A stretch of 64,000 nucleotides of DNA, from positions 2,604,001 to 2,668,000 of the forward strand of contig OZ251226.1 in assembly GCA_965240325.2 (NCBI GenBank), read 5' to 3'. Source of the stretch: Rebecca billardiae RCC1528 (taxonomy: Eukaryota > Protista > Haptophyta). How positions within the stretch are numbered: the first letter of the stretch is position 1; the number at the start of each line of letters is the position of its first letter. This document shows positions 9,490-22,189 of the stretch, piece after piece. Both the position numbers and the translations under genes were made by a program. The notes below the pieces were generated by a model. The model searched no databases and had not been told where the DNA came from. It worked only from the letters and a program-made list of their open reading frames with translations.

Positions 9490-11952
9490 ATGAGTCTCCC
9501 GTCAGAGGACGCCGAGCCCGTTCCGCGCTCATATGTCGAGAACCCGCTCCGCCCGCGCTGGGGCACTGGCGCTGCTGGAGGTGGCGCGCGCCGGGCCTCT
9601 GACGCGCCGGCGCCGCCGGAGGTGCCCGTCCGGCAGAGCTCGCACTTCGCCTTCATGCAGCACCTGCAGAGGCATTTTAGCGGCGATGGTGGCGAATCGC
9701 GACCGCGCACGCCCGCGCGGAGGGACAGCCGGGGCGACCGGCCAAGATCTCCGCTCCTCGTCCGCTCTGGTACGCCGTCGTCGCTAGCCTCGTTGCTTCG
9801 CCGCCCGAAATCGCCCGCGACGCCCAAGCCGCGCATCGTGCAGCCCGCCGAGCCGGAGACGCCCAAGCCGCGCATCGTGCAGCCCGCCGAGCTGGAGACG
9901 CCCAAGCCGCGCATCGTGCAGCCCGCCGAGCCGGAGACGCCCAAGCCGCGCGCCGACGAGGAGCCGCAGCCAGTCCTCCAGTCACCATCGCCGGACGTGC
10001 GCACGCCTCAGCGCTCCCCCGGTCCCAAGGTGGCGGGACCGAACCGCGACGTGCCCGCGCCGCTCCCAGCGGATAAGCCCATGCCGCCACGGCAGGGATC
10101 GAGCGGCTCCGACTTCTTCGACGCCGGCAAGCGCGTGCGCAAGCCGACGTGGTTCAAGCAGGACGTGCGCGCGGAGCTGGCTCCGCCGCCGAGCACGAGC
10201 GCCGCGGCTCGAGGGTTCCTGCCCGGCACGCCGCTGTCGCTCACGGATGGCGAGCAGACGGGCTCCTCGGACGAGGCGATGCCAGCCGCGCACGCCCCCG
10301 CCGCGGCTGATCGGCAGCGTGCGCCGAGCGCCACGCCTGCTCCGCCCGAGGCGGCTCCGGCGGCCGCCTCGCGGCCCGTCTCTGCAGGCTCGGGCCGGCT
10401 CGCGTGGCAGTCCAACGACAAGGGCCGGCGGCTCGGCGCCGAGCGCGATGCGGACGCGGGTGACGCCGAGGCCGGCTCGAAGGACAACCTGTCCGATGCC
10501 GACATCGGCGTGGAGGTGCTCGACGGCGCGCGTCGGAGGTCGGCGCTCTGCACGGTGCTCGGCCTGCTCCTCGCCGCGCTCGCGCTCTGGGCGCTGGCCC
10601 ACGCCCTCGCGTACGCGCTCACGCTGCGCAGCGGCGAGGCCCTCGCCTCCGTCGGCCTGTGCTATCTCGAGCACCAGGGCGTGTACACGCTCGCCGGCGC
10701 GAGCCTAGGCGCGTGGCTCTGCGCAGGCGTGCTCGGGCTGATCGCGTGGCGTCGCTCGGCGCGCTGGCTCGTCGCGTGCGCGCTCGTCGGCGCGGCGCTC
10801 GCGTGCGCGTGCCACGGCCTGACGACTGCCGCGCTGATGGCGCTCACCGACGTCGAGGCGCGCGACCTCGAGTGCGCGGCCGTGTTTGGGGAGGAGGTGT
10901 GGGGCGGGTGCTCGGACGTCGCCTATGGCTGCGCCGACGAGCGCAGCGCGCCGTGCACCTGCGGCGTGATCGACCTGTCCGAGCGCGGCCTGCGCGAGGT
11001 TCCTGCTGGGCTGCTGCGCGTGCCCGCGGGCGTGCAATCGCTCGACCTGTCGGGCAACGAGCTCAGCGCGCTGCCCGCCGAGCTCGCGCTTGCTCTGAAC
11101 GAGTCACTGCGCGTGCTGGACGTGCACGACAACGCGCTCGACTCGCTGCCGGACGACTTTGCCCGGCTCGGCCAGCTCCTCACGCTCGATGCCAGGAGCA
11201 ACGTGCTCGAGAGCCTCCCTGATGCGCTCGGCGGGCTGCGCGCGCTGCGCGTGCTCGACGTTCGCAGCAACGCGCTGGCGGAGCTGCCCGAATCGATCGG
11301 CGAGGTGTCTGAGCTCGTCGAGCTGCGCTGCGCCGACAACAAGCTGGGCGGGCTGCCCGACGAGCTCGTCGGGCTGGGCAAGCTGCAGCTGCTCGAGGCG
11401 CAGTCCAACAAGCTCGCGGGCCTGCCCAGCGGCCTGCTCGGCGCCGACGGCCCGCCGCTCCGCGCCGTGATCATCGACGACAACGCGCTGACCGAGCTCA
11501 CGCTCACGGGCGGCTCGGCGGGCGCCGACAGCCAGCTGGAGGTGCTGCACGCGGCGTCGAACTCGATCGAGACGCTCGACGGGGCGCTGGTCGCCGCGCT
11601 CCCCAACCTGCGCGTTCTCGACGTCCGCAGCAACGCGCTGAACACGCTGCCTGAGGAAGAGCTGGTCAACAGCGCGCCCGCGCTGGAGGTGCTCGCCGCC
11701 GACAACAACCCTCTGAGCGCGGAGGGCGCGGCAGCACTGGCGAGCATCGGCGCGCGGCGCGACGTGGCCGTCACCGAATCGCAGCGCCAGGAATGCGAGG
11801 TCGCCCTCGGTGCAGGCTACGCGCCGCCGTGTATCGACGGTGATGCCGATGGCGAGGCGGATGCGGACCGGAGCGTCTTTGCTGGCGACGATGGCGGCTG
11901 CCCGAAAAGCCCGCGGCTGTCGTCGCTCTGCAAGGCAGATGGGGCGACGTGA
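9490..11952 (+). CDS. Membrane protein with disordered N-terminus, ~3 TM helices and a C-terminal Cys-capped leucine-rich repeat domain
   Basis: ~11 LxxLDxxxNxLxxLP repeats, an LRRNT-like CTCGVIDLS cap, and hydrophobic segments at ~10550-10850. Start ATG 9490 is chosen by codon bias and is uncertain. Confidence 0.85.
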   Translation: MSLPSEDAEPVPRSYVENPLRPRWGTGAAGGGARRASDAPAPPEVPVRQSSHFAFMQHLQRHFSGDGGESRPRTPARRDSRGDRPRSPLLVRSGTPSSLASLLRRPKSPATPKPRIVQPAEPETPKPRIVQPAELETPKPRIVQPAEPETPKPRADEEPQPVLQSPSPDVRTPQRSPGPKVAGPNRDVPAPLPADKPMPPRQGSSGSDFFDAGKRVRKPTWFKQDVRAELAPPPSTSAAARGFLPGTPLSLTDGEQTGSSDEAMPAAHAPAAADRQRAPSATPAPPEAAPAAASRPVSAGSGRLAWQSNDKGRRLGAERDADAGDAEAGSKDNLSDADIGVEVLDGARRRSALCTVLGLLLAALALWALAHALAYALTLRSGEALASVGLCYLEHQGVYTLAGASLGAWLCAGVLGLIAWRRSARWLVACALVGAALACACHGLTTAALMALTDVEARDLECAAVFGEEVWGGCSDVAYGCADERSAPCTCGVIDLSERGLREVPAGLLRVPAGVQSLDLSGNELSALPAELALALNESLRVLDVHDNALDSLPDDFARLGQLLTLDARSNVLESLPDALGGLRALRVLDVRSNALAELPESIGEVSELVELRCADNKLGGLPDELVGLGKLQLLEAQSNKLAGLPSGLLGADGPPLRAVIIDDNALTELTLTGGSAGADSQLEVLHAASNSIETLDGALVAALPNLRVLDVRSNALNTLPEEELVNSAPALEVLAADNNPLSAEGAAALASIGARRDVAVTESQRQECEVALGAGYAPPCIDGDADGEADADRSVFAGDDGGCPKSPRLSSLCKADGAT
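9820..9952 (+). repeat. Coding 39-bp minisatellite, ~3.4 copies (TPKPRIVQPAEPE)
   Basis: acgcccaagccgcgcatcgtgcagcccgccgagccggag repeated in tandem. Confidence 0.95.
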
Positions 11953-12414
11953 TGACACAGTAATCATGCGCGCAGTACGTATGTACGTATGGGGGTAGTA
12001 CGTAGTCTACTGCGCTGCGACATCAGCAACGACGAATAGTAGTTAGTAACTCACGCAGTACGGTATTTAAAAACTATATATATATATATATAGACCGTGC
12101 CGTAGCCTATTCCGCAGCCGATGCGACTACTGTCGGGTCTGTGCCGCTCCGCCGAGGACTGAAATGTCTGCTGAATCGTCGTTGATGAATTATAGAAAGA
12201 CTCTGACGACGAGTGATGACGACGGCTTGGTGCGGAGTCTCCGGCGGCGCCGAGTAGACAGTAGTTGCAGCGCAGCCCTACTTACTGATTCGGGGGCTGC
12301 TAACCAACCATATCCGATTTGCCGGTAGCAATTCACCGGGAACTACATACACCCTGTGAGTCAGGCCCTGTGAGCCACCTGCGTGCTGGCGCCTGGCGCG
12401 GAGACTCGACGACT

Positions 12415-12494
12415 GATGAATGAATGAATATGAATGAAATATGAATGAATGAATGAATGAATGAATGAATGAATGAATGAATGAATGAATGAAT
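12415..12494. repeat. (GAAT)n microsatellite
   Basis: Seen directly in the sequence. Confidence 0.9.
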
Positions 12495-13012
12495 ATACAT
12501 ATATATGTGGCGTTATAACGCAGTTATAACCGAATGTGTCGGGAGGCTGGAAGGTGATGCGTCGCAGTGTCGTGACAGCCAAGGCCAAGGGCCTCCATCG
12601 TCTACCTGATCCTGCAGGTAGTTGCTACGTGCTGGTACCCAATCCGGATAGCTGTACCAGCGCGTCCTTTCCCAAGACCATCCCTCGGACAAGCTTTCCG
12701 TTATCGTCATCACGGCCGCTGCCGCTTTTGTATATCTGCCAATCACGCTGGCTCCTTCTGCATCTGCTCCTCTTTCCATTCGGCGCTCGAGATCATATCC
12801 AAGATCATCTGCAGTCCGAGTGGCAGCTTTCCAGTTCATCAAGCAACTAACCAGTCGAGCTCACACATATCTGCACTTTACGACCTTTCGCGCCGAGCTC
12901 ACAAGCTGCTCATCAGTTACGGCCAGTCGGCCCCTTGCCTCATCATCAGCAAACGAGGCCCCATCTCCTTCGTCGTCGCGTGCTTCTTTGCTCGTGCTCG
13001 CTCGCTCGCTCG

Positions 13013-15227
<2,215 letters not shown>

Positions 15228-15300
15228 AGGAGCGCTGATCCTGGTGTTTGTCTCTGCTGCTCGATCTGCTGCTACAGCTTGCTGACTCTGACGCCTGCCC

Positions 15301-15446
<146 letters not shown>

Positions 15447-15626
15447 TATATAATATTATATATAATATTATATATAATATTATATATAATATTATATATA
15501 ATATTATATATAATATTATATATAATATTATATATAATATTATATATAATATTATATATAATATTATATATAATATTATATATAATATTATATATAATAT
15601 TATATATAATATTATATATAATATTA
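15447..15626. repeat. 12-bp palindromic minisatellite (tataatattata)n, ~15 copies
   Basis: Seen directly in the sequence. Confidence 0.95.
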
Positions 15627-17570
15627 TGGCCCGCGGTGCAGGGCGGAGCGCGCAGCGTGGAGCCCGCACCAGCGGGCCCGAACCACGTTTCAAAAAGATC
15701 TTTGATCAAAGAAAAAAGGGACGGGCCGGGCCGGACGATTTTCAGGGCTGGAGGAGACCGAGTTTCGAATTTTGAGACTCCCTTACAGGTGCATCCTCGT
15801 CGAAAAAGGTCGCGCCCGGCTCTTTTGTATTCAGAGGAATCAACGAAACCCGCGCCCAAGTGTGCCAGGCAGGGTAATTGTGGGTAGACTCTCGTTCATG
15901 TGTGACCATAGTAAAATAAATATGGCCTCGCCGGCCGCCGCCGCAACGACTCTCATCGTATTTATCTTCACCGCGGGCCATAATGTATCGTACCCGCGTA
16001 TGCCGAAAGCTGGGATTGCAGAGGAAGCGGGTCGCGTGTGACCGGACTCTTTACCACTCGTTACCTGATCGTCGCCATCTGACAAATGGTATTCATCAAG
16101 GAGCCATCAGGAGAACGAATCCACCGCTTCGTGACGACAAATGGTATTCATCAATGAGCCATCAGGAGAATGAATCCACCGCGTCGTAACCTACTGATCA
16201 GAGAGCTACCCGGCACGCAAGGCACCAGTTCTTGATCAGAGAGCTACAACAGGCACGTGCCGAGGTGAAAGAGGTCGTCAACTGCGGAGCCTGTCCAAGG
16301 GAGTGCCTTGCGACGCACATCGATGGGCGACACAGACCAGGACTGCGCTCTCCGCGTGTTGAACATGCTGCGCGACTCAGGGGCAGTGACGACGAAAGGG
16401 GGCAATAACACGCTCTCGAGCATTGCTGCTGCCATCTCAGTCGTGAGGCGCAAGCATGACGTGGGCTCTGCGGCGGTGAAGTACTGCGTGCCGCGCCGAT
16501 CGATCTACAACATCCTTGGCAAGGTCCGCACCGTGCTGGAGGACGATGGCTCACTCGGCAGGGGGAGCGCGGCGCGGCTGATCACCGACTTCACCACGCG
16601 CCCCGCAGGCCAGCCCCCTCCCTCCTCCTCACCCGGCCCAGCAGCCGGCAGCCGCTTCGAGGCCCTTGCCCGGCAAGCTCGGGGGCAGCGGCGCATGATG
16701 CCGGACTGATCGATCTCTGAGTCTCCGACTTCACCACACGCCCCCCTTGCCATGCCTCTCCGCCAGGGTCTCCCAGAACTCTTCTTCAGAGCAGGCGCAA
16801 GTCGAACTGGCCGCGGCCCCGGCGCCGTCGGCTCCCCGTGGCTGTCAGCTCCGCGTGGCCTGGGCGCCTGGCGTGCCCAGAGCTGGCCGTGCCTCTGCGA
16901 CGCGTGCCGAGCCTGACAGAGGTGTGTCACCCCGTGCACGCGCGGCGCGCGCAAGCACCGGTGCTGCATGGCTGCTCGCACCGTGCTCCCTGGCTCGGTC
17001 AGTCAGCTCAGGCCGCGTGTCGCCTGGTGTGCACGTAGAGTCGCGCTCATGCGTCGCTCACGCCTCGCGCCCGCCTGTCGGCCGTCGCGCAGGCGCGCAG
17101 GTCGAACCCTACTGACCTGCAGATCATCTACTCCTGCGCTGCTGGCGTCGCGGCGACGACGGTCAGCGGCAGGCCCGAACGAACGGTCGAATGCGCGGTC
17201 CCGCACCGTCGGCTCCCTGGCTGTCAGTCAGCTCCGCCGGTGGCCTGGCGTGCAAGAGTCGCGCTCGTGCGTCGATCACGCCGTGAGTCGCATCCGCCTG
17301 TCGGCCGTCGCGCACGCGCAGGGGGTCAGGTAAGGGCCGTCTGTGATGAGGGCAGCTCGGCCGACGACCGACATCCACACTCGGCGCACGCCAGCCGCCG
17401 ACGCGCCCGCGCCCGGCCGGCCGGCCGGGCCGGCGGCGGCGCGGCGCTGGGCGGCGCGCCGCTGGATGGAGTCTAGTTACGTACGGGACGACTGCGACGG
17501 AGGGTGCACCGCCACCGCGGGCCCCGAACTACGTTCGTTCTACGGAAAAGGACCGCGGAACGCGGTCATA
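15626..17570 (+). mobile_element. Helitron2/Helentron-like non-autonomous element E1
   Basis: 5' ggcccgcggtg (15628-15638) is inverted at subterminal 17513-17523. Terminal hairpin gaccgcg-gaa-cgcggtc at 17551-17567 is followed by ATA. Both ends are shared with the element at 40261-41545. Confidence 0.7.
16323..16709 (+). CDS. Small ORF with a putative pipsqueak/CENP-B-type HTH inside element E1
   Basis: SIAAAISVVRRKHDVGSAAVKYCVPRRSIYNIL resembles the HTH_psq pattern (A..AV....S...AA.KY.VP.ST.Y). Confidence 0.45.
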   Translation: MGDTDQDCALRVLNMLRDSGAVTTKGGNNTLSSIAAAISVVRRKHDVGSAAVKYCVPRRSIYNILGKVRTVLEDDGSLGRGSAARLITDFTTRPAGQPPPSSSPGPAAGSRFEALARQARGQRRMMPD

Positions 17571-17579
17571 TATAATATT

Positions 17580-20185
17580 ATGGCGCACGGCCCCCCCGAA
17601 AGGTCTGAGCGTGAGCGAAAGCCGGGGGGGGCGGCGCACGTGCTCCGCAAAATCAAAAAGAGGATGCGCGCAGGATTTTGGGTTTTTTTCGGTAGGTGGC
17701 CTAGCGTATGAGCATGGATATCGCTGCCAATGATTGCGTTTGTACTGCCCCTTAATTTTAACGATAGTAACACTTAGGGGAATGCAGGGTGGAATAGCAC
17801 ATGACACCAGCCGTGTGTTCGAACATTCCGTCATAGTAAGATGCCTGAATTGTAAGAGCCTGAAACAGCTCGCCAACCATAGAAAAGAGAAGTTGGGTCG
17901 GCTTTTATGTCGCTTGAATTAAAGTATTATGCCGGCATATGAAGTCATGAACCGTCAGCTTCTCAGTGGCGGGTTTAAGCCCCTTGATTACCCTTGATTC
18001 ATACACGCGAGATGTCATTGCGCGGGTAGCCCGAACCGGCGTTCCCGCCACGCTGATATTGCAGCATATTGAGTGATATACTCTTGGTCACTCTAGCTTA
18101 CTCGGATGCGCGACGTCAATGCGGGCGGCAATCAATTCTTGTATTTGCACAGGTACGATCTCTTTCAACCCCTACCGGGGTGCTGGTATATTCGATTATT
18201 CTTTGAAGCGAAACGCCATTTTTTGAGCTGCCGCACTAAAGGCGCACTTAGGGACAAGCGTGGTCGAAAAATACCCAGGTGCTTGCGCGGGCCGCGGCTG
18301 CGCGCGCGCAGACCGCGGAGGCGCGTCGTCACGTCGGGCTCCAGCGAGGACGGCGGCGCGAGCCGCTCGTTCGCGGCGCACGAGCACGAGGCGGTGCTTG
18401 AGGGCGGCGAGCGCGTGCGCTACTCCGCGCTGCTCTCCACGGTGAGTCTCCACCGCGCCGCTCGACACGCTTCTTGACTCTGACTCTGTCCTTTTTGGCG
18501 CAGATCGACTCGGGCGCTGACGCTGGCGGTGACGCTGGCGGTGACGCTGGCGGCTACCGTTACGGGTGCGCGACGCGGCTCGCGCAGCTGGGCGTGCCCG
18601 CGCTGCAGCTCGGCGGGCTCTCGGCGGCGGACGCGGAGGCGGTGGTGCGAGGCCGGCTCGGCGCGGCGGGGCGCACGCTCGACGCGCGGCAGGCCGAGGC
18701 GGTGCGCTCGGCACTCGGAGAGGCGCCGAGCGCGCTGCACGCCGTGCTGCTCGCCGACGCGGCGGCGGAGTGGCGCTCGGGCGAGCCGCCGCCCGCGCAC
18801 CTGCCCGCCGACGCGCGCGCCGCCGTCGCCGCCACCTTCGAGCGCGTCGAGCGGCTGCACGGCGCGATGCTCGTGCGGCGCGCGTGCGGCGCCATCTGCG
18901 CGTCGCGCCGCGGCCTCTCGAGTGCCGAGCTGGAGGAGGCTCGCTCTCTCTGCACGAGGACGTGCTGGCGTCCGTGTTCGAGTTCTGGGTGCCGGCGGTG
19001 GTGCGGCTGCCCGTGTGGCTCGCCGTGCGCGACGCGCTGGGCTCGCTGCTCGCCGCCGGCGGCGACGGCCCTTTGTTTGCGCTGGTACCACCGCCTCATC
19101 AGGTGGCCGAGGCGGCGGCGGCACGGTACGCCCGCGCGGCCGACGCGCACGCGCTCGCAGATTTCTGGGCTGGCACGTGGGCGGGCGAGGCCGCCAAACC
19201 GCTGCGCCACCCGAAGGCCACCGGCGGCGAGGACGGGCGGCGGCGCGTCGCGCCGCAGCCCCTGCTCCTCTCCGCCGCGCGCCTCGGCCTTCGCCGGCCG
19301 CGACGCCGCCGTGCTCAATGTGCGCCGGTGCGAGGAGCTAGTGCAAGCGCTGCTCGCGGCCGGGCGCGCGGCCGACGCGGCGCGCGAGCTCACCGACGCG
19401 GGCGCGGACGGGTGGGAGGCGCGCGCGCGGCACGGCCTCGAGACCGAGTACGTGCGCGACCTCGCGGACACGGCCGCGGCGCTCGCCGACGCCGACGCGC
19501 GCGGCGGCGGCGGCGGCGAGCCGGGCGCGGCCGCGCGCGCGGAGGCTGCGGCGCTGCGCGCGCGCGTCGCGGACTGGCTGCAGCTCGCGCGGCTGAGCGC
19601 CTCCGCCGCCGCCACGGCGCCGGGCCGCTGCCTCGCGCTGTGCCTCGAGCAGCCGGTTGGCTCGGCGCCGCACGAGTCCGCGACCGCGTGGGCGCGGCGC
19701 GCGCCGCGCGCCGCGCACCCGGCCGCCCGCGCCAGCTGGGCGCGCGGGCGCGAGCACTGCGCGCGAGCGCCCCTGCTCGCCGCGCGCGGGCCGTGCGAGG
19801 CTGTGCTGCTAGCGCACGCCGGCTGGGTGGAGGCGGTCGCACTCTCGGCCGACGGGCGCGTCGCGGCGAGCGCGGGCGACGACAGCGACGCGGTCGTGCG
19901 GCTGTGGGCGTGGGACACCGCCGAGTCAGAGTGCGTGCGCGCGCTCGAGGGGCACGCCGGCTGCGTGAAGACTGAATGAAGAGCCGCGACACGGCGCAGC
20001 CCCCCGAGGCCGTCGATCGCGTCGATTACTCGCGCCCGCGCCTCCTGCACGGCGACGCGCCCGGGGCGCGCGCATCGTGATTCGGCGGTGAAGAATGCGC
20101 GCACGACAACTACTAGACTCACAACTACCAGGGCCGTGCGCCCTCAACTTCGTTGTTTACTACCCGAAGATCGGCGTAGCCGATC

Positions 20186-20188
<3 letters not shown>
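17580..20188 (+). mobile_element. Helitron2/Helentron-like element E3 carrying a captured gene fragment
   Basis: 5' ggcgcacggccc (17582-17593) is inverted at 20131-20142. A conserved caact.cgtt spacer precedes hairpin gatcggc-gta-gccgatc (20169-20185) plus ATA. Confidence 0.7.
18290..19979 (+). pseudogene. Frameshifted fragment of a NACHT/WD40 (NWD1/NWD2-like) gene
   Basis: Motifs spread over shifting frames: FERVERLHG...ASRRGLSSAELEE / LSLHEDVLASVFEFWVP / WYHR / ALADFWAGTW / VAPQPL / NVRRCEEL, then WD40 repeats (HAGWVEAVALSADG, VRLW, LEGHAGCV). Intron at 18442-18503. Truncated at both ends. Confidence 0.75.
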
Positions 20189-20229
<41 letters not shown>

Positions 20230-20425
20230 AGTACGCTAGCTATAGTGAATTTGGGCACCGCCACAGCTAACTCAACACTCACCGTGGCACTTGGGTCGCA
20301 CCGGCCGTGCACTCGTGCAGCGTGTCACTCACAGAGTGTCAGTATTCATCATTAACGCTGCCGAGTGCCGGCGCTTCCCGGCGAGTTATAGACGGTAACT
20401 AACTGTACGGCCTCTCTCTCTCTCT

Positions 20426-20500
<75 letters not shown>

Positions 20501-20570
20501 ACTCTCTCTCTCTCGGCTCTCTCTCTCTCTCTGGCTCTCTCTAGCTCGATCTCTCTGCTCTCTCTCGTCT
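20189..20570. repeat. (GA)n (20189-20227) and (CT)n (20412-20570) microsatellites
   Basis: Seen directly in the sequence. Confidence 0.9.
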
Positions 20571-20807
20571 CTATCGTCTAGCTATATAGACGACTAGCTG
20601 TAGTATCATGCTGTCGTCGTCAGCATACTCTCCGTCCATTGTCACGGATCCGTGGGCCATTGAAGATTGATGGATTCGCCTCTAATTTAGAGTCTAATCT
20701 GAAGAGTACTGATTCCGAGACTCAGTAGTAGTAGCATATATTAATATATGATATACAGTGACTACTACTACGGTACGACGATCATCTCTGACACTGTCGC
20801 GGATGCG

Positions 20808-21842
20808 TCAGTGACAGTTGTCGAGCCCATGTCGTGATGGGGCGACCCACGTCGCGCTCATGCCAAGCTCGTTGCCATTGATGATCGAGCCCATGTAGGT
20901 GCGCAGGCCGGTGCGCAGCAGTGGCGGAATAAGGGCGGAGAGCGATTTGCGTGCGGCCGGCTTCGCGTCGACGGGCTCGAGCTCTGCGTCAGCATCGCAA
21001 AGCATCTGTGCAACGCTGTCACCGAGCACCTCCTCACTGAGCATGGCATCGGTGAGGGCGATGTGATGCGCATGGACATCGAGTCGGTTCTTCTCGTCAC
21101 TTTGCTCCACCTCCGAGCGCGACTCGGCAGAGGCATGCGGCATGTTGGCCTGCACCGCCACCGATCGTCGCCGCGGCGTCTGAACCACCTGGTCGAGCGA
21201 CCTGAAGAGGGGCGAGCAGGAGCTTGGCGCTTGAGAAGAAGACGTGGTCGAATCGAGTCGCGTGGAGAAGAGGCTTAGGCTCGAGCCCGATGGCGCGATG
21301 TGCCACGAGCCCTCGTCCTCCTCGTCCTCCTCCTCATCGTCATCCGTGTCATCGTCCGAGGAAGAGTCGTCCGCAGGAGCAGGTGGCTGGTTGAGCGCGG
21401 GCTTCACTTGTCCGAGCCGGTCAGCTGCGAATGGCGTGCACGGTGACGATGCAGGTGTTCCGTCATCGTCCTTGAAGAGCGCGAGCAGAGTGCCCCCAAC
21501 CCCGGCGGCCGCGCCGAAGATCGCTGTGGTCGGTGCCGTGGATGGAGGCGTGGAGTGCTGAACAGAGTGCTTGCGCGATGGCGCGATGTGCCACGAGCCC
21601 TCCTCCTCCTCCTCCTCCTCCTCGTCGTCGTCATCAGTGTCGTCGTCCGAGGACGAATCGTCCGCAGGAGCAGGCGGCTGGATGAGCGCGGGCTTCACTT
21701 GTCCGAGCCGGTCAGCTGCGAATGGCGTGCACGGTGACGATGCAGGTGTTCCGTCATCGTCCTTGAAAAGCGCGAGCAGGTCATCCCCGACCCCCGCGGC
21801 CGCGTCGAAGATCCCCGCGGTCGGTGCAGTGGATGGGGGCAT
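20808..21842 (-). CDS. Hypothetical acidic low-complexity protein with a ~97-aa internal tandem duplication
   Basis: 345-codon ORF with two copies (period ~291 bp) of PPSTAPT..IF.AAAGVG..LLALFKDDDGTP...DDSSSDDD..EEE..GSWHIAPS; indels between copies preserve the frame. Confidence 0.5.
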   Translation of the reverse strand: MPPSTAPTAGIFDAAAGVGDDLLALFKDDDGTPASSPCTPFAADRLGQVKPALIQPPAPADDSSSDDDTDDDDEEEEEEEEGSWHIAPSRKHSVQHSTPPSTAPTTAIFGAAAGVGGTLLALFKDDDGTPASSPCTPFAADRLGQVKPALNQPPAPADDSSSDDDTDDDEEEDEEDEGSWHIAPSGSSLSLFSTRLDSTTSSSQAPSSCSPLFRSLDQVVQTPRRRSVAVQANMPHASAESRSEVEQSDEKNRLDVHAHHIALTDAMLSEEVLGDSVAQMLCDADAELEPVDAKPAARKSLSALIPPLLRTGLRTYMGSIINGNELGMSATWVAPSRHGLDNCH

Positions 21843-22189
21843 GGAGCGTCGAGTCCACAGAGTGGCGGGCGCGAGTGGTTTGTGTGCCCGCGTGTGGGGC
21901 CGGGGTAATAACCCTTGTGCCGATTCGCCCTCCCTAATTGGCTCCCTAATGAGGTGCAGCGGGGGTCCAAGGTTTGTGTGTGTGCACCCCTTGATTCCTT
22001 TGGTGCACCCAAGCACCCATATCAATAATACGCAATCTGAACAAATCATGGAGATATCAGCTCACACAAACAATAAACGCGATTCCTTTCGGTTCAGAAT
22101 CTCGCGTCGAATCTTGGCCTTCCAGTGCGCACCCCAAACCACGGACCTTTCCCCAACTACCGAATGCCAGAAGAGTCACTACAAAAAGT

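Noticed and set aside
12513-12850. Short ORFs as a retroelement remnant
   Set aside because: No RT or endonuclease motif recognised.
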